The notes below the pieces were generated by a model, which made no database searches, had not been told where the DNA came from, and worked only from the letters and a program-made list of their open reading frames with translations. The position numbers and the translations under genes were made by a program. A stretch of DNA of 64,000 nt from an uncultured Gammaproteobacteria bacterium. Its GTDB lineage: Bacteria; Patescibacteriota; Microgenomatia; CAZETR01; Amesbacteraceae. The stretch is taken from the NCBI GenBank assembly GCA_964633995.1, contig CAZWKN010000005.1, positions 920 through 64,919 of the forward strand, written 5' to 3'. Below, one piece after another: positions 1 to 9,708 of the stretch. Position 1 is the first letter of the stretch, and every line of letters begins with the position of its first letter.

Positions 1-303
1 GAACATCACTCTGTATTTAAACGGGAGGGTGATGATATATATATGGATCACAAAATACCCTTCACCTTGGCTATCTTGGGAGGCGAGACTGCCGTCACAA
101 CTTTGGACGGCCAACTTAAGTTAAAAATTCGACCCGGTACTCAGCCTGGTACCAGTGTCAGGCTAACAGGCAAGGGCGCTCCCCATATCCAATCACTTCA
201 CAAAGACGCTAGGGGAGATTTTTATATCCGCCTGATCATTCAGCTTCCGGATCACATTTCTAAACGCCAAAAGCAGCTCTTAGAGGAGTATGATAAATCA
301 TAA
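1..303 (+). CDS. dnaJ: Chaperone DnaJ, C-terminal fragment (5' end lies upstream of window)
   Basis: Frame-1 ORF is open from nt 1. The translation ...VTTLDGQLKLKIRPGTQPGTSVRLTGKGAP...GDFYIRLIIQLP...QKQLLEEY matches the conserved C-terminal domain of DnaJ. Confidence 0.8.
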   Translation, partial: EHHSVFKREGDDIYMDHKIPFTLAILGGETAVTTLDGQLKLKIRPGTQPGTSVRLTGKGAPHIQSLHKDARGDFYIRLIIQLPDHISKRQKQLLEEYDKS

Positions 304-306
304 GTT

Positions 307-624
307 ATGGCTGAAGTTTTTTGTGACCCCGCTACCAAAACCCAGATCAACACCGCCATCGGTTGTCTGGATATTACCGGTAAAGGCACCATCACTTCTC
401 TACTAAGACTAGGAACTAGCATTGCCAGTGGGGCTGCGCTCGTCTTAATTTTTTATGGGGGTATAAAAATCATTATGGCCCACGGTGACCCCAAAGCCGT
501 TCAAGCCGGCAAAGAACTTATCACCGCCGCAGTCACTGGCCTCGTCCTCATCTCTCTGAGTGTTGTCGTTCTTAACTTTTTCGGTATCAGAATTCTAAAC
601 CTACCCGGTTTCGCCACCCCATAG
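307..624 (+). CDS. Small two-helix membrane protein, possibly VirB2/TrbC-pilin-like; function unknown
   Basis: 105 aa, 4 nt after dnaJ. Two long hydrophobic helices are separated by HGDPKAVQAGKE. There is no prepilin GFTLIE motif. Confidence 0.45.
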   Translation: MAEVFCDPATKTQINTAIGCLDITGKGTITSLLRLGTSIASGAALVLIFYGGIKIIMAHGDPKAVQAGKELITAAVTGLVLISLSVVVLNFFGIRILNLPGFATP

Positions 625-663
625 CTCTCAAAATACACTCAACCACCCCAATCTTATAGTATA

Positions 664-1185
664 ATGGGGTGCATGGGAGCGATTTACGAACAATCAGCCA
701 ACGGCCTTAATGAGTTATATTTTCACATGGGCCATGAAATTGCCGGTTTTTCAGCCACAGTATGCCATTTAATTGATGACTTGGCAGAAGTGGGGCCGGT
801 GGGTAGCGCAGCTTCGTGGAAACCAAGTCCAAAACTACTGGCGCTCCATGAGGACGGTGCAGACATTGGTCGGTTCCTAAGTCAAGGGGCCAAGATAAAC
901 GCTAGCACAAATAGTCTGGCTACCAAGGTAGAAGAAATAACTACCGGATCAGCTTGGGCGATTTCCAGCGTGGCCATTGGTTTGATATTTGGAGAGGAAG
1001 TAGGCAAAACAAACCCCATTTTAAGAACTCTGGGTACACTAATAGGATTTTCCTTAGCGACAATTATGCTGATGCCAATGAGAAGGGCGGGCAAAGAAAT
1101 AGTTCATGGAGTCGTAGGCTTGATTAAATCCGCCCAATTTAATCAATCTCTTAAGGACGCACTCCACTCCGAGGGTTTAAGCTAA
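664..1185 (+). CDS. Hypothetical protein with C-terminal hydrophobic segments
   Basis: 173-aa ORF with no recognizable motifs. Confidence 0.4.
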   Translation: MGCMGAIYEQSANGLNELYFHMGHEIAGFSATVCHLIDDLAEVGPVGSAASWKPSPKLLALHEDGADIGRFLSQGAKINASTNSLATKVEEITTGSAWAISSVAIGLIFGEEVGKTNPILRTLGTLIGFSLATIMLMPMRRAGKEIVHGVVGLIKSAQFNQSLKDALHSEGLS

Positions 1186-1426
1186 GCCCCCAACCAATTA
1201 GTTCTGTTCAGGGTGGCCTGTTGGTATTCCAGGATGGCTCTCGTCTCCGGCGGCTGGCAATGAACTATCCGGGTCGAAGTTTGGTGGATTGTCGTCGTAT
1301 GTTCCACCATCATGACCCGTTCCCGGATTGTCGGGAGCCTTCATTCTGCCGCTTTGATGTTTTGGTTTCTGTGATTCGTGTTTTATTCCCAAATCGGTCA
1401 TATTTTGAAATATATCACGTCCCAAC

Positions 1427-1455
1427 TAGTTCTACCACCCAATTCCTGCTATAAT
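1427..1455 (+). promoter_or_regulatory. Putative extended -10 promoter (TGcTATAAT) upstream of nusA
   Basis: TGCTATAAT at 1447-1455, about 55 nt upstream of the nusA ATG. The -35 is poor. Confidence 0.3.
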
Positions 1456-1513
1456 GACCTCAGTTTAAGAGTTTAAGGTGGGAAGTTAAGCCCGCCTTTT
1501 TTAAAGAAAAATT

Positions 1514-2548
1514 ATGCAAAAACCATCTACATCACGTTCTGACTTTGCGTTAGCAGTTGCCCAAATCGCCCACGAGAGGGGTTTGGACCCCAATATTATT
1601 CTTGAATCAATTAAACAAGCTTTGGTGGCAGCCTTCAAAAAAGACCACCCCGACTCTGTCAAGCCGGACCATGTCTACGATGCCGATCTAGACGCCTCCT
1701 CTGGTGAAGCCAAGATCTTTGAAATTGCAGGCGATGTAACCGAGGAAGGCGAAACAATCACAGTAACCCCCAAAAAAGGTGCTAAAAGAGTCGATATTAC
1801 CCCACCGGGCTATGGTCGAATTGCAGCCCAAACCGCCAAGCAAGTAATTTTACAAAAAGTCCGTGAAGCTGAAAAATCTAATATTATCTCCGAATATGAA
1901 AAAAAGATTGGGTCGTTAGTAACCGGCATGATCATTCGCTTTGCAGGACCAGATATCGTTGTAGACATTGGTAAAACCGAAGCAGTTATGCCTCCCGCTC
2001 ATCAGGTTCACTCTGAAGACTATAGAATTAATGGCCGTTTTACGTTTCTATTACACAGCGTTCGTGAAGGAGTTCGAGGTAAAGAAGTAGTTGTCTCTAG
2101 GTCAGACGATGGCCTAATCAAAGAGCTTTTCCGTCGCGAAGTCCCTGAGGTTGGCTCGGGAAGTGTTGAAATAAAAGTGGTCGCCAGAGACCCAGGCTCT
2201 AGGACAAAAATTGCAGTGTATTCTCATCAGCCCGGAGTGGACCCAGTTGGCTCGTGTGTTGGTCAAAAAGGAGTTCGCGTCCAGGCCGTAATATCCGAAC
2301 TTAATGGTGAGAAGATTGACATAGTTCAATTTAACGAAGAACCAGAAAAGTTTATTGCTTCGGCCCTGGCCCCTGCTTCAAATCTGTCCGTCAAGATAAA
2401 TTCCAAAAAACAATCAGCCGAGGTTACAGCTCCGGCTGACCAACTTTCTCTAGCGATAGGTAGAGATGGTCAAAACGCGAAACTAGCCGGCAAGCTTACT
2501 GGCTTTCACATTGACATCTCGGGAGCAGAGAGTTCAAGCCAGATCTAG
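1514..2548 (+). CDS. nusA: Transcription termination/antitermination factor NusA
   Basis: N-terminal NusA domain, an S1-like segment and a KH region (GQKGVRVQAVISELNGEKIDIV; LAIGRDGQNAKLAGKLTG). Classic nusA-infB arrangement. Confidence 0.9.
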   Translation: MQKPSTSRSDFALAVAQIAHERGLDPNIILESIKQALVAAFKKDHPDSVKPDHVYDADLDASSGEAKIFEIAGDVTEEGETITVTPKKGAKRVDITPPGYGRIAAQTAKQVILQKVREAEKSNIISEYEKKIGSLVTGMIIRFAGPDIVVDIGKTEAVMPPAHQVHSEDYRINGRFTFLLHSVREGVRGKEVVVSRSDDGLIKELFRREVPEVGSGSVEIKVVARDPGSRTKIAVYSHQPGVDPVGSCVGQKGVRVQAVISELNGEKIDIVQFNEEPEKFIASALAPASNLSVKINSKKQSAEVTAPADQLSLAIGRDGQNAKLAGKLTGFHIDISGAESSSQI

Positions 2549-2575
2549 AATTTATAAATTAGTAATTAGAAATTT

Positions 2576-3967
2576 ATGGAAACACCCCGTCCTCCTATTG
2601 TCGTCATATTAGGCCATGTCGATCACGGTAAAACCAGCCTATTGGACTATCTACGCAAATCAAATGTTGCCGCTCACGAAGCAGGGGGAATTACTCAGTC
2701 TGTCCGTTCGTTCAAAATCCCCCAAGGTACTTTTATCGATACCCCAGGACACGCAGCGTTCTCAGGTATGCGATCACGGGGAAGCTTTTTAGCGGATGTA
2801 GCCATTTTGGTTGTTTCCTCAGTGGATGGGGTTATGCCTCAAACCAAAGAATCAGTCGACTTTATTAAACAAGCCGGGATTCCGTTCATAGTGGCAATCA
2901 CCAAATCAGACCTTGATACTCAAAATCCCGATAGGGTCAAAACCCAACTCACCGAAATTGGAGTAATTGTGGAAGATTTTGGTGGAGAAGTTCCTGTGGT
3001 TTCGATTTCTGCCAAAACCGGCAAGGGGATTCCGGAACTACTCGAAATGCTTGAACTTATTACATCCTTAAATCCTCCTCTGTCGGACCCCTCATCGCCT
3101 TCGCAGTCCATAGTTCTTGAGTCGAAATTAGACTCAAAAAAGGGTCCACTAGCTTTCGTTATTGTTAAAAATGGCACCCTTTCTATTGGGCAACCTCTTT
3201 TTGGTTCAGTGCCTGTAGGAAAAATACGTGCTCTGATAAGTTCCACCGGTGAAAATCTTACAGTTGCCCCCCCTTCCACTCCAGTAGAAATATTAGGACT
3301 GACCTCCGTCCCCGAAGTGGGTTCTACCCTAACCTCCGCTCCGGTTTCTATCTCGTCAAAGCCGTCTTCGACTTCAAAAATAGGAGGCGACAAAGCGGGT
3401 AGCCTGAACATCATTTTGTGTGCAGATGTCGCTGGTTCTTTGGAGGCTATTTTTGTTTCGCTTCCATCTGGAGTTAATGTTGTTTCCTCTCATACCGGGG
3501 ATGTTAACGAAACAGATATCACCAACGCCATCGCTTCAAAAGCCAGAATAGTTTGTTTTGGTTCAAGAATTCCCAACTCAGTCTCAAAGTTGGCCGAAGT
3601 CGAAAAAATCACTATTGATAACTTTTCCATAATTTACGAATTACTGGATCACCTTTCTAAGTTGGTAAATTCCCGTGTTACAGAAACTATTTTAGGCAGG
3701 TCTATTATTTCCGCTGAATTCAAAATTGGTCCTGATAGGGTAGCCGGTTGTAAATGTGTCGAGGGGATTATTTCCAAACAAGACAAAATTCGGATAGTTA
3801 GAGGAGATAAAATAATTTCCGAGTCCAAGCTAAAAACTCTAAAATCCGGTAAACAAGACATAGACAAAGTAAAATCAGGAACTGAATTTGGAGCCGTGTT
3901 TAGCCCTTATGTTGATTTTAAGCTTGGAGATAGTATAATCTCATACGAATTACATGGCCAAGCCTGA
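2576..3967 (+). CDS. infB: Translation initiation factor IF-2, short form beginning directly at the G domain
   Basis: P-loop GHVDHGKTSLLD, DTPGH and TKSD (NKxD-like) motifs. The C-terminal beta-barrel domains are present. 463 aa, with no N-terminal extension. Confidence 0.85.
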   Translation: METPRPPIVVILGHVDHGKTSLLDYLRKSNVAAHEAGGITQSVRSFKIPQGTFIDTPGHAAFSGMRSRGSFLADVAILVVSSVDGVMPQTKESVDFIKQAGIPFIVAITKSDLDTQNPDRVKTQLTEIGVIVEDFGGEVPVVSISAKTGKGIPELLEMLELITSLNPPLSDPSSPSQSIVLESKLDSKKGPLAFVIVKNGTLSIGQPLFGSVPVGKIRALISSTGENLTVAPPSTPVEILGLTSVPEVGSTLTSAPVSISSKPSSTSKIGGDKAGSLNIILCADVAGSLEAIFVSLPSGVNVVSSHTGDVNETDITNAIASKARIVCFGSRIPNSVSKLAEVEKITIDNFSIIYELLDHLSKLVNSRVTETILGRSIISAEFKIGPDRVAGCKCVEGIISKQDKIRIVRGDKIISESKLKTLKSGKQDIDKVKSGTEFGAVFSPYVDFKLGDSIISYELHGQA

Positions 3968-4832
3968 CACCGCACAAATAGCAGTACTGCTTGAGCCTGC
4001 CCGCTCCATAGCCCTGCTTTTTCCAGAAAATCCCACACATGATGTGGTGGCTTCTGGACTGGCTCTCAAACTAGTTTTAGAAAAAGCTGGAAAAGTAGTC
4101 CACGCCGCCTGTGTGCACCCCATGACCGTGGAGTTTAACCGGTTAGTAGGAGTGGAGTCGATCGTTACTTCCTTTGGGGGGCGTAACTTGGTTATTACCT
4201 TCCCGGGTCAAACCGAACATGTTGACAAAATAAGCTACAACATTGAAGCAGGGGAGTTGCAATTGGTCGTTACTCCCAAGCCCGCTTCACCCGGATTGGA
4301 CCACAGAAAGCTCAAATTTGTCACTGGACCGTCGCAAGTTGATCTGTCAATTTTGGTGGGGGTTTATCACACTTCGGAATTAGGAAGTCTTTACGAAGAG
4401 ACCAAAGACCTAATGTCCAAGTCCAAAATTATTGGACTTACGCTTTCCGAACCCCACGAAAAATACGCCCACCACCATGTTATAGACACCCAATCCGCCT
4501 CGCTTTCAGAATTAGTTTTCCAAATAATCGAGACGGCTCGTCTCAAACTAGATCCCGATTCAGCATCCAATCTTTTTTCCGGTCTCAAAGACGCCACCGA
4601 CAACTTCCAAACTTCAAAAGTTAGTATCATCACGTTCGAAACAGCAGCCAATCTTTTGCGCCAAGGGGCTCAGAAACACGATGTTTTATCGGCTTCCGAT
4701 TTTCCGGAAGGATCAATTCCCGCCGCTGCCCCTCAGTCCACAGACTTAGGATTTGGTACCGACAGCCAACCCAAAGCCCCTTCACCAGACTGGTACGAAC
4801 CAAAAATCTACCAAGGATCACAACTGGTGTAG
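3954..4832 (+). CDS. Hypothetical protein in the NrnA/DHH-like position after infB, with degenerate motifs
   Basis: 292 aa. N-terminal ...LFPENPTHDVVASGLAL... weakly resembles NrnA motif I (HxNPDGDAxGS) but lacks the acidic residues. No clear DHH triad. Call is based on position and weak similarity only. Confidence 0.3.
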   Translation: MAKPDTAQIAVLLEPARSIALLFPENPTHDVVASGLALKLVLEKAGKVVHAACVHPMTVEFNRLVGVESIVTSFGGRNLVITFPGQTEHVDKISYNIEAGELQLVVTPKPASPGLDHRKLKFVTGPSQVDLSILVGVYHTSELGSLYEETKDLMSKSKIIGLTLSEPHEKYAHHHVIDTQSASLSELVFQIIETARLKLDPDSASNLFSGLKDATDNFQTSKVSIITFETAANLLRQGAQKHDVLSASDFPEGSIPAAAPQSTDLGFGTDSQPKAPSPDWYEPKIYQGSQLV

Positions 4833-4925
4833 TTGTGTGATATAATTACCCAACTTAACGACTTACTAACGAAAGTTTGTCCGCCAATTAGGTACTCACT
4901 TTCGCCCTATGTCTAAGTCTTCTTT

Positions 4926-5195
4926 ATGGCTTTAGATACCAAATACAAACAAGAAATTATCAAAAAATTTGCCACTGTAAAAGGTGACACTGGCTCGCCA
5001 GAAGTTCAAGTTGCCCTTCTAACCGAAAAGATAACCAAGCTCACAGAACACCTTAAGGAGCATAAAAAAGACAATCATTCCAGAAGGGGACTTATCAGCA
5101 TGGTTTCCAAGCGTCGCAGATTACTGTCATATCTACAAAAAAAAGACGCCAAGAGGTATCAGGTGGTCGCCAAAAAACTTGGCCTAACTAAATAA
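4926..5195 (+). CDS. rpsO: 30S ribosomal protein S15
   Basis: 89 aa. [37 protein letters not shown] is a typical S15 sequence. Sits upstream of pnp. Confidence 0.95.
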   Translation: MALDTKYKQEIIKKFATVKGDTGSPEVQVALLTEKITKLTEHLKEHKKDNHSRRGLISMVSKRRRLLSYLQKKDAKRYQVVAKKLGLTK

Positions 5196-5308
5196 TTTAA
5201 TCTGTTATATAATAAATCACAACACAGCGTCCAAAGGTTTTTTAAGAGGTGCGAAGAGAAGTAGTTACTCTTCTTCAGACTTCTTAATAACCTCAGGAAA
5301 TAAGCGTT

Positions 5309-7498
5309 GTGGATCGTTTCATGAACAACCAAGTTGTAACCAAATCAGTTGAAGTAGCAGGAAGGACACTTTCTTTCGAAGTTGGCCGTCTTGCGCCTCA
5401 AGCCACCGGTTCCGTTCTTGCGAAATATGGCGATTCCGTTGTTTTGGCAGCGGTAACCATTGGAGCTGAAGATACAAAAAAAGACTATTTTCCGTTGTCA
5501 GTGGAATACCAAGAACGCCTCTACGCTGGTGGTCGCATCAAGGGATCACGTTGGGTCAAGCGCGAAAGAAACACTGACGAAGAAACTCTCTCCGCCAGAT
5601 TAATAGATAGATCCATTCGCCCTCTCTTTCCCAAATGGTTCAAAAACGAGGTTCAGGTAATAGTCATGGTCTTGGCCACAGACACAGATAACGACACCGA
5701 TGTTTTAGCCGTTAACGCTGCCTCAGCTGCAATAGCAATTTCACCGATTCCATGGAACGGTCCAATTGGCTCATGCAGAGTAGGTATTGAGGCCGGTGAG
5801 CTGGTCATAAATCCTAAAAACGGCAACCGTGAAGGAGTCGATTTAGACTTAGTAGTCTCGTCAACCAACGATCTAATTCCCATGCTTGAGGCCGGTGCCA
5901 ACCAGATACCGGAAGATCAAATGTATCAGGCCTTTGAATTGGCTGTTCAAAACAATAAAAAAATCATCACCGCCCTTAATGAATTGGCAGTAGAAGTTGG
6001 CAAGCCCAAAATTTCATTTAACCGTCCCAGCCTCGACGCCTCGTTTGTAACTGAAATAGAAAAAAAGGCTTTGCCATTGGTTGAATCCTATCTCAAAGCT
6101 TCTTCTACTAAAGAAGGCAACAGCTTAACTGATATCGTGTCTCAATTGAGTTCAGAATACGAGCCAGCTCAAAAGTCCGCTATTCCCGCCATCATTGAGG
6201 AATTAGTCTATAAAACGCTTCGTACTAACGTAACCAAACATTCTCTTCGCGCAGACGGTCGAAAATTAGACGAGATTAGGCCACTTAATGTTCAAGTAGG
6301 GGTCCTTCCAAGAGTTCACGGATCTGCAATTTTTCAGCGTGGACAAACTCAGGCCCTGACAGTAACAACCATTGGTGCTCCGTCATTAGGCCAAACGCTA
6401 GAGTCTGCAGAGGGCGAAGAGGTAAAAAGATATATTCACCATTACAACTTTCCGCCCTTTTCAACTGGAGAAACAGGAAAAGTAGGATCTCCTAAACGAC
6501 GCGAAATAGGTCACGGAGCCTTAGCCGAAAGAGCTATTTTTCCTGTCATTCCCCCCGAGTCAGAATTTCCCTACGCGATTCGTGTGGTTTCAGAGATAAT
6601 GAGCTCAAATGGTTCGTCCAGCATGGCCAGCACTTGCGGATCGACCATGTCTCTAATGGATGCCGGGGTGCCAATTTTAGCCCCAGTGTCTGGAATTTCT
6701 ACAGGATTAATAGACGGTGTTTTGCTAACGGATATTATTGGTCTGGAAGACCACTATGGCGACATGGATTTCAAAGTGGCAGGAACTACCAAGGGCATCA
6801 CCGCCATTCAGCTCGATGTTAAAATCCCCGGACTTACTTTAGACATCTGCAAACAAACTCTAGCAAGAGCCAGAACAGCCAGGCTTCAAGTATTAGATGC
6901 CATGCTTAAAGCTTTGGACAAACCCAGACCAGAACTTTCGCAGTTTGCTCCCAAGATCCACACTGTTCAAATCCCCACCGACAAGATAGGTGAACTTATT
7001 GGACCAGGTGGAAAAAATATTAAGAAGCTTATGGCCGAAACTGGTACCCAAATTGACACGCGCGACGATGGGTACATATTTATTTCGGGGATTGACCCAG
7101 AGGGTGTTTCCAGAGCCGTTGACTACGTTGCCGGATTAGCCAAGGAAGTAAAAGCTGGGGAAATCTATGAAGGGACTGTCGCCAGAATTCAGCCGTTTGG
7201 GGCTTTTGTAAACATCCTTCCTGGTAAAGACGGCCTAGTTCACGTATCGCAAATGGGTCAAGGTTTTATCTCGGACCCTGCCCAGGTGGTACATGAGGGC
7301 CAGCAAGTTAGGGTTTGGGTTATCGAAATAGACAGCCAGAACAGAATTAGTCTTAGCATGCTATTTGATGAAGCTGGCCAACCGTTGGTTAAAGCCAGAG
7401 AAGAGCGGGCTCCTAGACCTTTTACCCCAAGGCCAGATGATTCCTTCCGCGGCCCTAGGCTTGCCGGGCGCGACCGTGGTCCCCGTCGAAGATTCTAG
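5309..7498 (+). CDS. pnp: Polynucleotide phosphorylase (PNPase)
   Basis: Two RNase PH domains plus KH (IGELIGPGGKNIKKL) and S1 domains, with a C-terminal R/G-rich tail. rpsO-pnp synteny. Confidence 0.95.
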   Translation: MDRFMNNQVVTKSVEVAGRTLSFEVGRLAPQATGSVLAKYGDSVVLAAVTIGAEDTKKDYFPLSVEYQERLYAGGRIKGSRWVKRERNTDEETLSARLIDRSIRPLFPKWFKNEVQVIVMVLATDTDNDTDVLAVNAASAAIAISPIPWNGPIGSCRVGIEAGELVINPKNGNREGVDLDLVVSSTNDLIPMLEAGANQIPEDQMYQAFELAVQNNKKIITALNELAVEVGKPKISFNRPSLDASFVTEIEKKALPLVESYLKASSTKEGNSLTDIVSQLSSEYEPAQKSAIPAIIEELVYKTLRTNVTKHSLRADGRKLDEIRPLNVQVGVLPRVHGSAIFQRGQTQALTVTTIGAPSLGQTLESAEGEEVKRYIHHYNFPPFSTGETGKVGSPKRREIGHGALAERAIFPVIPPESEFPYAIRVVSEIMSSNGSSSMASTCGSTMSLMDAGVPILAPVSGISTGLIDGVLLTDIIGLEDHYGDMDFKVAGTTKGITAIQLDVKIPGLTLDICKQTLARARTARLQVLDAMLKALDKPRPELSQFAPKIHTVQIPTDKIGELIGPGGKNIKKLMAETGTQIDTRDDGYIFISGIDPEGVSRAVDYVAGLAKEVKAGEIYEGTVARIQPFGAFVNILPGKDGLVHVSQMGQGFISDPAQVVHEGQQVRVWVIEIDSQNRISLSMLFDEAGQPLVKAREERAPRPFTPRPDDSFRGPRLAGRDRGPRRRF

Positions 7499-7513
7499 TG
7501 TAGAATAGATTAA

Positions 7514-8557
7514 GTGGACGAACAATTTTCTACCGACATAAAAAGACTTTCTTCGCTTGTTGATTCGGCTAATCTTCCAGATGAATTAAAGACCAAAATA
7601 ACTGAAATGTTGGCTCGCCTAAATCGCCAGGCGAAATATGGTAATTATTCCGGCGAATTCGAACAGGCTCAACATTACATTGACTGGATAGTCAATCTGC
7701 CTTGGGACAAAACCTCAAAAGACATTCTGGATTTAACTTTTGCCAAACAGATCCTGGATAAACACCACCATGGTTTAACAGACGTCAAGCAACGGTTTTT
7801 AGAGTATCTGTCTGTTCTCATTCTGAATGAAACAAAAAATCCTGATTTCCACGCTCCTGTCCTATTGTTAGTAGGTCTTGTTGGAACTGGCAAGACCACT
7901 TTTGCCTACAGCCTTGCCGAAGCATTGGGTCGAAAGATTATTCGTATCCCCTTTGGGGGTATGAGTTCGGCCTTAGATTTAAGGGGTCTATCCAAATCCC
8001 ATCCCGAGGCAGAGCCTGGTCAAATAGTCAAAAACATCCGTCGGGCAGGCGTCAAAAACCCGGTGATTCTATTAGACGAGATAGACCGGGTTTCCGACAC
8101 CGCCCGTGGCGAGATTATGGGTGTATTGGTCGAGCTGTTAGATCCTAGTCAAAATATGGCTTTTTCTGATCATTACATAGACTTTCCTCTGGACCTGTCA
8201 CAAGCATTATTTGTGGCTACCGCCAACAACACATCTAATATTTCGACAGCCGTTATGGATCGTCTGGAAGTTATTACCATGCCCAGTTATACCGACGAGG
8301 AAAAAATCAAAATCGCCAAAGATTTTGTGCTTCCTCAGGAAATCGCCAAAGCGGGTTTGCCGGCGGGTTCGTTAACCATAGACGAAACAGTCTGGCCCAA
8401 AGTGGTTCGCCCACTAGGATTTGACGCCGGAATTCGCACATTAGAAAGAACCATCCAGGGAATAGTTCGTAAGGTGGCTATGCTAATAGTACAGGGTAAG
8501 GGTTCCAAGTTTTATCTGACTCAAGACAATGTCAAGGATTTCCTCCCCACATACTAA
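7514..8557 (+). CDS. Lon-family AAA+ ATPase module lacking both the LON N-domain and the S16 protease domain
   Basis: GTG start. Walker A GLVGTGKTT and Walker B ILLDEIDR. The Lon-specific flanks (WIVNLPW...LDKHHHGLTDVKQRFLEYLSV, DPSQNMAFSDHYIDFPLDLSQALFVATAN, MDRLEVITMPSYTDEEK) align with the Lon AAA+ region. Only 347 aa. Confidence 0.75.
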   Translation: MDEQFSTDIKRLSSLVDSANLPDELKTKITEMLARLNRQAKYGNYSGEFEQAQHYIDWIVNLPWDKTSKDILDLTFAKQILDKHHHGLTDVKQRFLEYLSVLILNETKNPDFHAPVLLLVGLVGTGKTTFAYSLAEALGRKIIRIPFGGMSSALDLRGLSKSHPEAEPGQIVKNIRRAGVKNPVILLDEIDRVSDTARGEIMGVLVELLDPSQNMAFSDHYIDFPLDLSQALFVATANNTSNISTAVMDRLEVITMPSYTDEEKIKIAKDFVLPQEIAKAGLPAGSLTIDETVWPKVVRPLGFDAGIRTLERTIQGIVRKVAMLIVQGKGSKFYLTQDNVKDFLPTY

Positions 8558-8563
8558 ACAATT

Positions 8564-9070
8564 GTGAAAGAATTATTCGACTCACCTTGGTTTAAACGAT
8601 TCTATTTTAGTATCTCTTTGGTGTTATTGGTGGTTGGTTTATATTCGGCCATCAAACCTGACCTCTTTTTAAAATTCGGATATGTGGGTATTTTTGTTTT
8701 TAACCTACTCGGAGGCGCGGGTGCATTGTTAATCCCTGCTTTATCGTCCAAGATGAACATCCTTTTATTAGCTGCTGTCACTGCATTGGGTATGGGGATA
8801 AACGATAGCATCGCCTGGTTGGCGGGCAGGGGTGGTTCGGAAGTAATTTACAAGTCGGCCTGGGTCCCAAGGATAGAAAAGTTTCTGGACAAATACGGGT
8901 GGAAACCTTTATTTGTTTTATCAATACTACCGTTTCCTTACGACATTATAGGTTTGGCAACCGGTTATCTTGGCCTGGATTATTTAAAGTTTTTTATTCC
9001 CACCGTAGTTGGAAAATACATAAGAGTGATATTGATTGCGTATGGATACCAATGGATAATTAACCCATGA
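8564..9070 (+). CDS. DedA/SNARE-associated (TVP38/TMEM64-like) membrane protein
   Basis: 168 aa with multiple TM helices. DedA-like core ...GINDSIAWLAGRGG... and C-terminal GYLGLDYLKFFIPTVVGKYIR. Confidence 0.6.
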   Translation: MKELFDSPWFKRFYFSISLVLLVVGLYSAIKPDLFLKFGYVGIFVFNLLGGAGALLIPALSSKMNILLLAAVTALGMGINDSIAWLAGRGGSEVIYKSAWVPRIEKFLDKYGWKPLFVLSILPFPYDIIGLATGYLGLDYLKFFIPTVVGKYIRVILIAYGYQWIINP

Positions 9071-9708
9071 CAATTTCCGAAATCTACGATACATATCGAA
9101 TCCCGCCCCAACTCCGACTCCATCAACTCCGGGTGGCCGCAGTTGCCAAAATACTTAGTCAAAGTATTGCCGGTTTCAATGAATGCACTGGAGTAGTGAG
9201 GGCCATGCTGCTTCATGATATGGGCAACATTATCAAATTCGATCTGCAAAAATTTCCCGAGTTTCTGCAACCCGAAGGACTCGACTACTGGGGTCGAGTC
9301 CAACGTGAATTTATTTCTAAATATGGACCAGATGAACACGTTGCCACGCTTCGCATCGCCCAAGAAATTGGCGTGTCGGAACGCATAATTGATCTTATAA
9401 GCTGTGTAGGTTTCGACAAAGCAGAACTTAACAAAAATACAACCGACACGGCAAAGAAGATATGCGCCTATTCTGATCAACGCGTTGGGCCTCATGGCAT
9501 ATTGTCGTTGGCCCAAAGACTCGAGGAAGGTCGGAAAAGATACGCCGATCACCCCAAGATTGCCCTGAGCTCTCCTGAAAAATACACTCTTCTAAGCACC
9601 AGCCTTTTGAGCATAGAAAAACAAATATTTTCACTCAGTTCTATTCAACCGGAAGATATCTCCGATTCCCAGGTTACGTCCGTAATTGAACAAGGACTGG
9701 TTTTATGA
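9067..9708 (+). CDS. HD-domain phosphohydrolase
   Basis: H...LLHDMGN motif and HD-domain layout. 213 aa. Confidence 0.6.
   Translation: MTISEIYDTYRIPPQLRLHQLRVAAVAKILSQSIAGFNECTGVVRAMLLHDMGNIIKFDLQKFPEFLQPEGLDYWGRVQREFISKYGPDEHVATLRIAQEIGVSERIIDLISCVGFDKAELNKNTTDTAKKICAYSDQRVGPHGILSLAQRLEEGRKRYADHPKIALSSPEKYTLLSTSLLSIEKQIFSLSSIQPEDISDSQVTSVIEQGLVL

Noticed and set aside
1198-1454. Overlapping ORFs on both strands (1198..1425 minus, 1221..1454 plus) in the nusA upstream region
   Set aside because: The predicted peptides are low-complexity with no RBS. The region is more plausibly a leader and promoter zone for nusA (TGcTATAAT at 1447-1455). I could not support either as a gene, though a small secreted peptide on the minus strand cannot be excluded.
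2920-3414. Antisense 164-aa ORF within infB, and similar antisense ORFs within pnp, rpoB, rpoC, ftsK and the ABC genes
   Set aside because: They fully overlap strongly conserved genes on the opposite strand and show low-complexity translations. These are standard shadow ORFs.
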